This document shows, in pieces, positions 39,290-50,790 of a stretch of 64,000 nt of DNA. Position numbers and translations under genes: made by a program. Numbering within the stretch: position 1 is the first letter of the stretch; every line of letters starts with the position of its first letter. The notes beneath the pieces are model-generated. The model was not told the DNA's origin. It was given only the letters and a program-made list of their open reading frames with translations, and ran no database searches. Source of the stretch: Octopus sinensis. Its lineage: Eukaryota. Location of the stretch: assembly GCF_006345805.1 (NCBI RefSeq), contig NC_043002.1, positions 58,280,001 to 58,344,000 of the forward strand, read 5' to 3'.

Positions 39290-40136
39290 CATATATATAT
39301 ATTATTAATATATATATACATAATATATGTATGTATATGCATATATATATATATATAATATATTGTATGTAGTATTTGTGGTGTATCTGTGTTTGTCCCC
39401 ACCATCGCTGAACAACCGATGTTGATGTGTTTACGTCCCTGTAAATTAACGGTTCGGCAAAAGAGACCGATAGAATAAGTACTAGGCTTACAAAGAGTAA
39501 GTCGATTTCTTCGACTATAGACGGTGCTCCAGCATGGCCGCCGTCAAACGACTGAAACAAGTGTAAAGGAAAAGAAAAGTATGAAAAGAAATAACTAAAT
39601 CTAACACTAACATTATTCCTAATATGGCACGTATGACACATTTCCTACTTAGGTACAACTTCCATCTCTTGAAGAAACATTACTACATATTCCTCCATCT
39701 TTATATTCTCGCACAAATTTACGAAATTCAATCTTGAAAGTCTCGTTTTTGTAAAATTAAAACTTTGTATTTAAAAAACAAAACAAAAATAAACGGTTTG
39801 TTGCACTGGTTCAAAGAACTTGGCTGGAAACAGTAAACAGACGACATGTAGTTAGTGTTGTGATTATGATAATGTTAATGTTGTTCTCATAAAAACAGAC
39901 AATCGTGACTTCTGATATGTCTGCAATAGAGGCTTTGGGGCAAAATCCCAAATTTTAAAGGCAGGCAACATTTTTTTCATATTTTACGTTCGGTAGAAAA
40001 TGAAGACAATTTCCGATGGCGGGTAGATTTGAAGAAGATCCATTAATTCCTTATTCGTTTCTAAATCTGTTGATATATTTCATTGAATTGTCAATAAATA
40101 TGAAATATATGATTTCTCTGAAATCTTTCATTACAG

Positions 40137-40355
40137 ATGGCCCTAGTCAACATCTCTACCACACTCAGGAAATATGCTGTCCTGATTAAGAACCAACTTG
40201 AGATAGAACGTGACCGTATATGTGCTCCTGCCAAAGTCATAGCAGTGCCGTGTCATTATCCGGCTGCCTGTTCTAGGCTTACTGCTGATTCAAAGGCTAT
40301 GCGTTATTGCTATTTGAGATTTGTTGAATCCTATCTAACTGACCTGAATCTGCTG
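40137..40355 (+). CDS. Exon 4: predicted helices B and C with a Cys-rich BC loop
   Basis: Acceptor tctttcattacag|, donor TG|GTAAGT, 219 nt, phase 0/0; MALVNISTTLRKYAVLIKNQLEIERDRICAPAKVIAVPCHYPAACSRLTADSKAMRYCYLRFVESYLTDLNLL. Confidence 0.85.
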
Positions 40356-40596
40356 GTAAGTATCGATATTGCAATCATTTCTTGGTGTCTTCTCTATTGA
40401 ATATAGTCGTAAGTGGATTGATATGAGTGGTTATGAACCTCGCTTCTCAGGCACGATGATACAGGTTCGATTCTCTTGCTCAGCACATTGGGAGATTGTA
40501 CTCACTCATAGCTTCGGATGAAGCAATATCTTCTAGGTGAAATTCGGGAGACGAAAATTATAATGAAGCTCGGATTAGAGTGCGTGTCTATATATA

Positions 40597-41062
40597 CGAA
40601 GTGGTGTCAAAAGATTCCCGGACTCGCCATGTTTAATAAAAAAAATAAATTATTTACCTAAGTTTTAACATCGTCTCCATGAAAATAGTCACCTTGCTCA
40701 GCAATACCCGGTCCAGACATTCCTGCCACATGATGTCCAGCTGGGAGTCGTTTTCTACAAGCGAGTCAAGGACCTTCTGCGATACGCTCTGGATCTCGAC
40801 AACGGTGTTAAAACGGCGACCTTTGAGTTGCATTTTCATCTTGGGGAAGAGTTGGAAGTCAGCAAGTGCTAAATCTGGTGAATAGCGTGGGTCCGGAAGT
40901 GATACCATTTTGTTTTTGGCGAGGAACTCACGAGCGAGGAGAGCTTGGTGACAGGGAGCATTGTGGTCGTGAAGAATCCAATTTTTCACGCTCCACAGAT
41001 ACAGTCTCTCTCGCCGAATGTCCTCCCTCAAACGCTTCCAAATGTCACAATAGAACTCACGA
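40597..41062 (-). mobile_element. 3' half of a mariner element in intron 4
   Basis: LHDHNAPCH and YSPDLALADFQLFPKMKMQLKGRRF (catalytic D..D34D region); TIR-like end after TA at 40595-96. Confidence 0.85.
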
Positions 41063-41143
41063 TTCACACACACACACACACATACACACACACACACACA
41101 CACACGCACGCACGCACACATACACATCACACATATACACGCG

Positions 41144-41175
<32 letters not shown>

Positions 41176-41941
41176 CACACACACACACACACCTATATAT
41201 ATATATGGATAAAATCGTTATTTAAATTACCGATCATATCAAGTAGCCAGTATGGGAATAAAAACCGCATAGGCAATAATTATTAGTAGTAGTATAATTA
41301 ATGGTATCTAAAAGATACCGCCATGTTAGAGATAGCAGTCAAAACGTGACTCTAAAACCACATCAATTATCCATACAGCACCAGGAGAAAGACAAAGAGA
41401 CAAATAAACTAGCAAAAAATTATTGGTTACTAGAGTCTATCATGCTATCTCTAGCATGGTGGTATCTTTTAGATACCCTTAATTATAATGTTATATATAT
41501 GTATATGCATTTTATATTTAGCTTATTCGTTGGTAGTTGTGGAATAAATGCTATCTCTACAATTGCTGTTTGTTCATATGTGCAATGTTGATTTTGACTA
41601 GTTAGTGTTTTCTTCTTAGAAGGTGCGTGTCCTAGTCGTTAAGATGTGTATGCTTATGATCGCAACATCGTGGTTTCGATTCCTAAACGGTGTGCTGCAA
41701 AAAACTTCATTTCACTTTACTCCAGTCCACTCAACAGTGAATGAATTACTCTCAGACGGAGGACTGTTGTCTCGTTCAAGGGCAAATGTTGGTATCTCGG
41801 TCACTGATAGACCATGGAAACCGGGAAACCGGACAATCAGCCCCTGAGTCGCAGGACTCGAATCCCTCAATGTCCATCGCTTTTACTTTCCTTTTACTTC
41901 GTTCCTCTTATAATAATTTATATTTTTTTCATACATTTCAG

Positions 41942-42097
41942 ATGCCTTTGGATTCTCATGAAACAGAAGTAGATGAGAGGCTTCTCTTACGAAAAGACGC
42001 TTCAGCTTCTCTTCGACGAAAATCCATTTTAATTACTCTACGGACGCTTCAGGAACATGTAACCGTTACCCAAAGAATTCTACAGATATACAATTAG
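41942..42097 (+). CDS. Exon 5: predicted CD loop and helix D, stop TAG
   Basis: Long pyrimidine tract and catttcag| acceptor; 156 nt; MPLDSHETEVDERLLLRKDASASLRRKSILITLRTLQEHVTVTQRILQIYN*. Confidence 0.8.
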   Translation: MPLDSHETEVDERLLLRKDASASLRRKSILITLRTLQEHVTVTQRILQIYN

Positions 42098-42519
42098 TTA
42101 TTGTTGTCATTAGAATTTTAAAGAAATGAAATGAATATCTGGTGTGACTATAGGTGCAAGCTTGGTTGTGTAAGAAGTATCTTTCAATCAAGAAGTCCCT
42201 TTCTCCAAAACCTGAAGTGAAAAAGTCTCTAGAAAAATCTTTTTGTTTCATAATGAGGATATTAATTTATTTTATCGCGTTTGTTTTAAATATTTTATAT
42301 TTATAATTGTATTCTCCATATAAATAGATTCAAAAATTCTTTTGATTTTCTTCCTTTCAAATCAAGGGAGTAAGATTAGCATAAAATACATATATTTTGG
42401 AGGGTAACTGATTAAAAAAAAGTTCGCCGACCCCTGATCTAATGACTGAAACAAGTAATAGACGAAAGATAAAAAAGTGATGGTATATAAGTATTATAAA
42501 TTATTATTAATTATAATAT

Positions 42520-42830
42520 AATTTATTTATAATAATATTAATATTTATTTATTATATAATATTTATAATATTTATTATGTATTTATTATGATATTTATTA
42601 TGTATTTATCATATATTTATTATATATTTATTATATAAGGCGATGTCGATTTTGCTTTTCATCCTTTCGGAATCGATAAATTGTGTACCAGTAAAACACT
42701 GGGGTTGATGTAATCGACTCATCCCCTCCCCCACAAATTTCAGGCTTTGTGCCTATTGTTGAAAGGATTATTTATTTATTATATAATATTTATTATATAA
42801 TATTTATTATATAATATTTATTATACATGC
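42520..42830 (+). promoter_or_regulatory. AUUUA-rich cluster in the presumed 3' UTR (interrupted by a SINE)
   Basis: About 11 ATTTA pentamers in 42521-42630 and several more at 42770-42830, including TTATTTATT-type overlaps. Confidence 0.4.
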
Positions 42831-43181
42831 ATTGTACAATGTTTGTTATATATTTATTACAAACTTGTTACGGCTTCCCATGATAACTGGAGCCAGAAGG
42901 CCTTGTCCACGGTGATGGTAAGCGGCCCGACCGGAATAACTCTCTTCACATACGAGAAAAGCAGATCCTTGTGGCTATACACGCCATTTGTTCAGAAGTT
43001 AACAACCCCTTACAACCTCCCCACCATTTTCTGCTGCTTGATTCCCTTCCCCCTATTTTTTTCTTTTTCTTTGTTTTCTTGATGAGGTAGTTACCATTTA
43101 TTTTTTCTTGATAATTTTAACTTTTTAAACATTTAACGTTTTGTCCTTTTTTCTTATTGTAAAAATATGTTAATAATAACT

Positions 43182-43187
43182 AATAAA
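43182..43187 (+). terminator. Candidate polyadenylation signal
   Basis: AATAAA ~1.1 kb after the stop codon, followed by T/GT-rich sequence (ttgttttgtt repeats at 43257-43295). Confidence 0.35.
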
Positions 43188-43618
43188 CCTCTACACTGAT
43201 AAAAAAAAAATTATCAGAAAGATATATTTGCTTCGTTAATATTGTTTGTTAATAATTGTTTTGTTCATATTTGTTTTGTTAAAATTTGTTTTGTTAATAT
43301 TCAAGTGTTTCCTTAGTTTTGTCTTGTAACGTGCTTCTTAGGCATTCTTTCGTCAATTTCCGTAAATCTTCGTGCATTAAACGTCAATGAAATGAAAGCA
43401 CTATTTCATTGTGCAGCCAGATGAGCTTGACTCGAATCAGGCAAGATCGTCACGGCCTAAAGTAGTGATTGGGGTAACCACCAACTTTCTGACAAAAACA
43501 AATATATATCGTTTAAAAACTGAGCAAAAAAAAATATTTCAACAGCGATGCTTTTCCGGGTATTTCTAATATTTGAATAATTTTAACTAATTAAATAATT
43601 ATTCCATATTTGTTACAG

Positions 43619-43664
<46 letters not shown>

Positions 43665-43772
43665 ATAATATAATATAATATCAATAGGTGCTTATACTGC
43701 TTGTAATAATCATCTGTCATATGAGGACTGTTTAACAGTTTAAATATTATAAATAACGATATCATATGCAAG

Positions 43773-43805
<33 letters not shown>

Positions 43806-43953
43806 ATAAAAATGGTAAGACCAAAAGAAAGAGACCTCAATATTATGTAAATAGAGGAATTTATCGGTAAATGTAATATGAGACAATTATTCGGTAGCCA
43901 GTTATTCGGTACCCGATATCAGGTCATTTTTCATAGCATTTTTCCCATGGCCG

Positions 43954-44013
43954 GATAACTGAAGAGATGGCGTGTGAATTTCCACCTCGGCATCCGAAAC
44001 TCGGAGTTTTATC
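43954..44013 (+). ncRNA. Type I hammerhead ribozyme motif inside a small inverted-repeat element (~43867-44049)
   Basis: gataa-CUGAAGA(43959-65)-gatg...catcc-GAAAC-ucgga-GUU-ttatc; stem II has one bulge. Confidence 0.6.
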
Positions 44014-44049
44014 ATGGCTACCGAATAATGTCTCATATTACATTTACAG

Positions 44050-44149
<100 letters not shown>

Positions 44150-44413
44150 TTACTTCTCTAAGTCATTTGACGGCGGCCATGCTGGAGCACCTCCTTTAAA
44201 CGAGCAAATCGACCCCAGGACTTATTGCTTGTAAGCCTAGTACTTATTCTATCGGTCGCTTTTGTCGAACTACTAGGTTACGGGGACGTAAACACACCAA
44301 CATCGGTTGGAGGGACAAACACAGACACACAAACATATACACACATACATATATATATATATAAGCCACGGACTTCTTTCAGTTTCCGTCTACCAAATCC
44401 ACTCACAAGGCTT

Positions 44414-44946
44414 ATAATCGACGGCATTACTTGGGACTGCTCGCATATTGCATAAAGTACTGTCGTCTGAGGTCCTTGTGGTGACTTGACAAACAGTATA
44501 AACAACCAGTAGACACAATATCTTCAATACACAACCTCACGATATTGTATACTGTTGGACGTCTTTGATAATAATAGTAATTTTAATACGATATCCTGAT
44601 TACTACTTATGTGAAAGTTATTGACTGGAATACTCGCAGAGTCAATGTACGAACATCTGGAAAAAAATGGAGTTCTGCCACATGAGCAGAAGGATTGCAA
44701 GCGTAAATGCAGAGATACCAAGGATCAACTCCTAATAATAGCGGTTTTGTGGCATTTTTTACATATCATGCTATGTTGTTTTCTTTTGCTCTAATGCTGT
44801 GTTCGCATCCAATAAGTCCTCTTCACCCTCTTTTTCTTGGTACATACAGTCTGTGTGTGTCACTTTTTGGGTGGAGTGACCCATATCTAGTTAGCAACTT
44901 CTTTGTCTTTCTGTCTAAGCTGTTTAGTTCGTCTACTGTCCCTGAG
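44414..44946. mobile_element. Rearranged R4-like LINE composite inserted into a SINE
   Basis: About 44452-44735 is an inverted diverged copy of 50690-50990; about 44733-44946 is a direct copy of 49764-49980; SINE halves flank it (cactcacaaggctt | ttggtcggcccgagg). Confidence 0.8.
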
Positions 44947-46166
44947 ATTGGTCGGCCCGAGGCTATAGTAGAAGGCACTTGCCCAAGGTGTCATGCAGTG
45001 GGAATGAAACCGGAACCATATGGTTAGTAAGCAAGCTACTTACCACACAGCCACTCCTTCAACTATGTGTGTATGTATGTATATATGTATATATATATAC
45101 ACGCGCACACACACATATATGGGTACAGGATGTCACCGACAGTAAACAACATGAAATACAATGAGTTCAATACGCAAACAGCGAAAGAAACAGGCCAAGT
45201 AACACAAAGAACGACCCTTCATTGGTTATCGTGACTGTGTGGTAAGAGGCTTGCATCCCAACCACATGGTTCTGGGTTCAGTCCCACTGCGTGGCGCCTT
45301 TAACAAGTGTCTTCCACTGTATCCGCGGGCCAGCCAGAGTCTTGTGAACGGATTTGGTACACGGAAACTGAAAGGAGCCCGCCATATTTATGTATATATA
45401 TATCTATGTGTAGGTCTTTGCGTCTGTCAATTATAATATTATTTATTATATAATATTTATGATATTTATTATACATTTATTATACAAGGCGGCGAGCTGG
45501 CAGAATCGCTAGCAGGCCGGACAAATAAGTAAGACCCTTAAGAAAATTATGATCGATCCATTCGACTAAAAATTCTTCAAGGCGGTGCTCCAGCATGGCC
45601 ACAAATTAATTACTGAATTTATATATGTATATATATATATATATAATATATATATATATATAGATAATATATATATATACCGATATTATATATACTTCAA
45701 TAGAGAAATCTACTCCAAGCCTTTGAACATTTTTTCAACCAATATATCCCTCTTTATTTGTTCTCTACTAATTATTTCTTTACCCCTTCTCTTTCTAGGG
45801 TCTGTCTTTGGCATCAGATCTACTAACTATATTTTTAAAAAATACTTAATAGCGTTCTGTTTATCATTTATGCAGTCATCAAAATTGTTATAATGTCTTG
45901 TTGTTGAGTTAGGTTCTCTTTCTTTCCTCATGAGAAGATTACATTATTTTACACCGCTTATTCCTTTGTAACTGTTTATTCCTGGTACCTGTCTATTGAA
46001 TTTTCCATGTTAACTGTAAACAAAGGATAATTCATTCATCCATTTATATATATATATATAGTTATATATATATATATTATATATATATATATATATTATA
46101 TATATATATATAATAATATATATATAATATATACAGATATATATTGATTTTGATTTGATTTTGATT

Positions 46167-46215
<49 letters not shown>

Positions 46216-47695
46216 ATATGCGTGAAAAAATATACGAAATGGCCTCATTTGGAAAACTTAAAATCACTACCACCCTGAAGTTAAATAACACCAGTTGTGT
46301 ACTTTCATGCGTAAATGTGTTTCTAACACACAATATGTCTCACCTGAGTCGGGATGAAGTTGGTCTCTTTCAGGTAATATTCCAAGACTAATTGGTGCTT
46401 ATTTCCTTGGGAAATTTTGGAAATTTAGAATGAAATATGCGGGTAAAGCGAATAAGTTATTCCGGCGTTAGAAGGCAAAATGAAACATTCAAATTATGAG
46501 CACTGTAGTGGTAACACACACACACACACATACAAACATAGTAGGCCTGTGCGTATCCTTGTTTGTTTTGCCACTCCCATTTGACAACAGGACTATAATA
46601 ATAATAATTATTATTATTAATATCTAAAGCAGTTAGCTGGTAGAATCGTTAGCATTCTGGGCTTGGTAATATTTCGCTTGTCGCTACGTTCTCAGTTCAA
46701 ATTCCGCCGAAGTCGACTTTGCAATTCATCCTTTCGGGCTCGATTAATTAAGTATCAGTCGAGTACTAGAGTCGATGTAATCAACTATCCCCACTCCCCT
46801 CAAATTTCAGGCCTTGTGCCTAGAGTAGTAAGGTTTATTTGTTACATGACAAAATTTTTGTTACGTGATCTATTTACTGGCGAGGTCACACTGCACCAAA
46901 TCTACACACTGCACCTAATCTATGAATTCGTTGGTTCAGTTCCACATTGAAGTTTGTCGTTTTGGTAGGTGGTTACCTATGTAGGTCAGTCGTTTTGGTC
47001 CAGTTGGTTTTATTTTTGTCAGAATGATTATGATGTAAGCCAGAAGATTAAAAATCGAGGAGTAGGTCTCTCAAAATATGTGACAGTGGTATTAAATGCG
47101 CTAGTAATTATAGTAGTTTTGAGGGGTATTGGTTGTAGTAGTTCAGTAGTGGTAAGAGTAATAGTTGTAGTTACTGTTGTACTTGTTGTTGTTGTTGAGG
47201 TGGTGGTGGTGGTGGTGGTGGTGGTGGTGGTGGTAACGGGGGTAGTAGTGGTGCCATCGACACTAATAGCTGCGATAGTAATAAAATGACACTAAGGCGT
47301 AGTACAGAGAGAGACAACACGGTTACGTCGATAGTAGGAGAGATTGCGATGGTAAGATGGGAGAGTGAAGCATAGTATCAAAATAAAATAGGGATCACTA
47401 AGATAAGACGGGTTAGTAGAAGTCAAAGTACTTATGAACAATTCTGGGGAATATGAACAAGTACAAGAAAGTACAAGATTGAGAAATGAAAACGAAAAAA
47501 TGAGGAAATGAACTAGCTGAAAGAAATCTTATTTCGTCCTTAACAGAGGATGTGACAAGTGTTTAGGTACATATGGGGACACTTTCCAAATTCCCTCTCA
47601 GTGCCTGTAAATGCTGACAAATCCATTGTAAAGAAGGGTCGATGTAATCGACTCATCCCTACCGCCACCAAGCTGCCTTTGTAGCAAAAAATTGA

Positions 47696-47726
<31 letters not shown>

Positions 47727-48247
47727 GCCCTGATGCATTCTGATCTTAACTGATTGGAAGTGTTATCCTGTACATTGTTTTGTCTTGGTATAAAAGATGG
47801 GCTACAGCAAATATTTTGCTCAATACCACAGATTTGCTTGTCAGTTGTTTGACCTTAACCAGTTGAGCATTTCCCTTAGTGGCTGACGATATGTGCATCT
47901 CTCATCACGAGCAGAAGTAGTGGAGGAGCATCATAGCCATGTGTTGAGAGGGATTATTTGGGGTTTAAATAATTCACCTCGAAACATGGGTGTTTCATTT
48001 AACATCCTTAAATACCCTTATTCAAGGACCTTTGAGTGGGATGGGCTACTCGACCAGAAGAAAATTGTAACTGGGCCCCACCTGCAAGGTCATGTGCTGT
48101 TTATCTTCATATGAGATCACCATGTCACGCACATATGGTTGTGATGCATGTGCCTGGTGTACCCTTATCAGACGGGTAGTCATGATGGTATACTGGGCCG
48201 TCGTATATTTACCCCAGTGTCACTTTGATGGCACTGCTCTCTCACTC

Positions 48248-48302
<55 letters not shown>

Positions 48303-48335
48303 TTATTATTATTATTATTATTATTATCATTATTA

Positions 48336-48404
<69 letters not shown>

Positions 48405-48406
<2 letters not shown>

Positions 48407-48612
48407 TAGTTTTATTTTTATAGCATGCTTTCATTTCACTACCGAGCGCAGCTCTGTGTGCCTTGGGTATGTGCTGTGATTTGTTGTGATGCTCTGATGG
48501 TTATTGTATGGAAAGTGTTCTGCGTAGGATGTGTGCAGTGCCTAGTAGTGCAATTTTCTGTATGTTATATGTGTTTGTAAGTCCTAGTGTTTTTGTAATG
48601 TATTTGTCTGAA
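48405..48612 (-). mobile_element. 3' fragment of an R4/Dong-like LINE
   Basis: - strand IQKIALLGTAHILRRTLS*, then a short UTR ending in long (TAA)n at 48248-48405. Confidence 0.75.
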
Positions 48613-48626
48613 TATTTTTTTTTATT

Positions 48627-48703
<77 letters not shown>

Positions 48704-48735
48704 CATTATTATTATAATTATTATCATTATTATTG

Positions 48736-50790
48736 CTTTTGCACAGCTTCTAACGCTGGAGATGTACCAGTGTGAGCTGTTCACTACCAGTGTCAGCTGT
48801 TCACTACCAGTGTCAGCTGTTCACTACCAGTGTCAGCTGTTCACTACCAGTGTCAGCTGTTCACTACCAGTGTCAGCTGTTCACTACCAGTGTCAGCTGT
48901 TCACTACCAGTGTCAGCTGTTCACTACCAGTGAACCTCTTATTTTTCGAGCACCTTCCGGAGTATTCGAGCGGTTCCAAGCAGTGCTGTTTTCTGCAAGT
49001 GCTCCACCCTTATTGCAGCCCCTATTTGTTCCACGTACTTCTCGAGATCTTTGCTCACTGTTGCTAGGTTTCCGACTATTATTGGTACTACTGCTACCTT
49101 TTTCATCGACAACAACTGCTTAATCTCCCAAGCTAACTGTCATATCTCTCGACTTTTCTTTCTTCCTTATCGCATACCATGTTGTCAGCTGGGCATGCTA
49201 TATCTATGATCCAGCATAGTTTGTTTTCTTTCTCAATTAAGACTATGTCCGGCTTCCTATTCTCTATCTCATGCTCGCACTGACTCATAAAATCCCATAG
49301 GATCTTCGCATTTCTATTTTCTACGATGCCTTCAGGTTTGTGGTCGTACCAATTTTTTGCTCTGTCAAGTCCATACTTGTTGCAAAGTGTCCAATGGACA
49401 AGCCTGGCTATATTGCCGTGGCGTCTTTTATATTCCTTCTGGGCCAGTGGCGTATGCCATATGGTTTCACCATTTTGTCCACAGAATCTGAACTTATCAC
49501 TTTCTGTTGTGTTGTCAATTCTGTATTTCATGGAGTTTGTTCTTAGTGCTTGCTCTTGGGCAGCACAGATTAGAGCCTCCATTTCCGGTTTTAAATCACT
49601 TTTGGTAATTCACAGCCATCTTTTTTCTCTATCTGGCTTATCTTCAACATCCCTATGAAATTGACCATGCATTCTTTTCTTTACCCACCTATTTTTTCAA
49701 TTTCTTGTATAGTGCTTTATCTTTGCAATCTTTCATTCTACACAAGCTTGACCTTCCTACATCTAATAATAGCGATTCTGTGGCATTTTTTACATACCAT
49801 GCTATGTTGCTTTCTTCTGCTCTAATGCTGTGTTCGCATCCAATAAGTCCGTTTCACCCTCTTTTTCTTGGTACATACAGTCTGTCTGAGTCACCTTTTG
49901 GGTGGAGTGACCCATATCTAGTTAGCAACTTCCTTGTCTTTCTGTCTAAGTTGTTTAGTTCGTCTACTGTCCATGAGATTACCTCTGCTCCATATCTAAG
50001 GAGTGAAATCGCCGAGGTTTTGATAGCTTCGATCTTATCCTGTCCATTTAATTTCGACTTAAGGATCAGTCTCAGTCTGCGCAAGTACTCCACCTTAAAT
50101 TTTTCTGTTATTTCTTCCTCCATCAATTTATCCATTTCCAAAATCCCCAAGTACTTATAGCCCGTTTCTTCTATCTGCTTCATAACATACCTCGACGGTA
50201 TCGTTAGCCCGCCCATACATTTGATTTTGCCTCTCTTCAAGACTAACATACCACACTTTCTCAGTCCGAACTCCGCCCTGATATCAGCACTGAAGGTATA
50301 CACCGTATCAACGAGAGCACTGACTTGGGTTTCTTCTTTGCCATAAAGTTTGAGGTCATCCATGAATAACAAATGGTTGACATTTTGCTGGCGGTTTTTG
50401 AATACATACCCAGCTTTTGCTTTCCTCAGAATCAGTGTTAGTGGTATCAAGCACCCTCCTAATTTCTACTGTCCCTAAACTTCTTCCGTATACTGTCAGG
50501 TCCGTCCTCCAATTTGCCATACTTTTTCCAAGCAATCACTCAACATTCGATGCAATCCCAAACAGGTTCATACACTCCATAATCCAAGAATGTGGGATCA
50601 TATCGGACGCCTTACGATAGTCGATCCATGACATGGCTAAGTTACATTTCCTCCTCTTGCAGTCTCTAAGTAAAGTTTAGTCTACCAGGAATTGATCCTT
50701 GGTATCTCTGCACTTACGCTTGCAACCCTTCTGCTCATGTGGCAGAACTCCATTGTTTTCCAGATGTTCGTACATTGACTCTGCGAGTGT
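48736..50790 (-). mobile_element. 5'-truncated R4-clade (Dong-like) LINE: RT, CCHC-like region and restriction-like endonuclease
   Basis: WIDYRKASDMIPHSWI, HLLFMDDLKLY, YKYLGI, RLYVPRKRG, EALICAAQEQALRT, RKPDIVLIE...IIDIACP, LQKTALLGTARILRKVLE; ends in (TAA)n. Confidence 0.9.
48767..48932. repeat. 20-bp tandem repeat (ccagtgtcagctgttcacta) x8 plus 6 bp in the LINE 3' UTR
   Basis: Units start every 20 bp from 48767 to 48907; only the first has a substitution. Confidence 0.95.

Noticed and set aside
46969-47300. Val-rich (+) or Thr-rich mucin-like (-) reading frame
   Set aside because: Built on degenerate (GGT/AGT/TGT)n trinucleotide repeats; isolated, with no supporting exons.
48767-48932. 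CRISPR or coding repeat (YQCQLFTT...)
   Set aside because: Contiguous identical 20-mers without spacers, inside a LINE 3' UTR.
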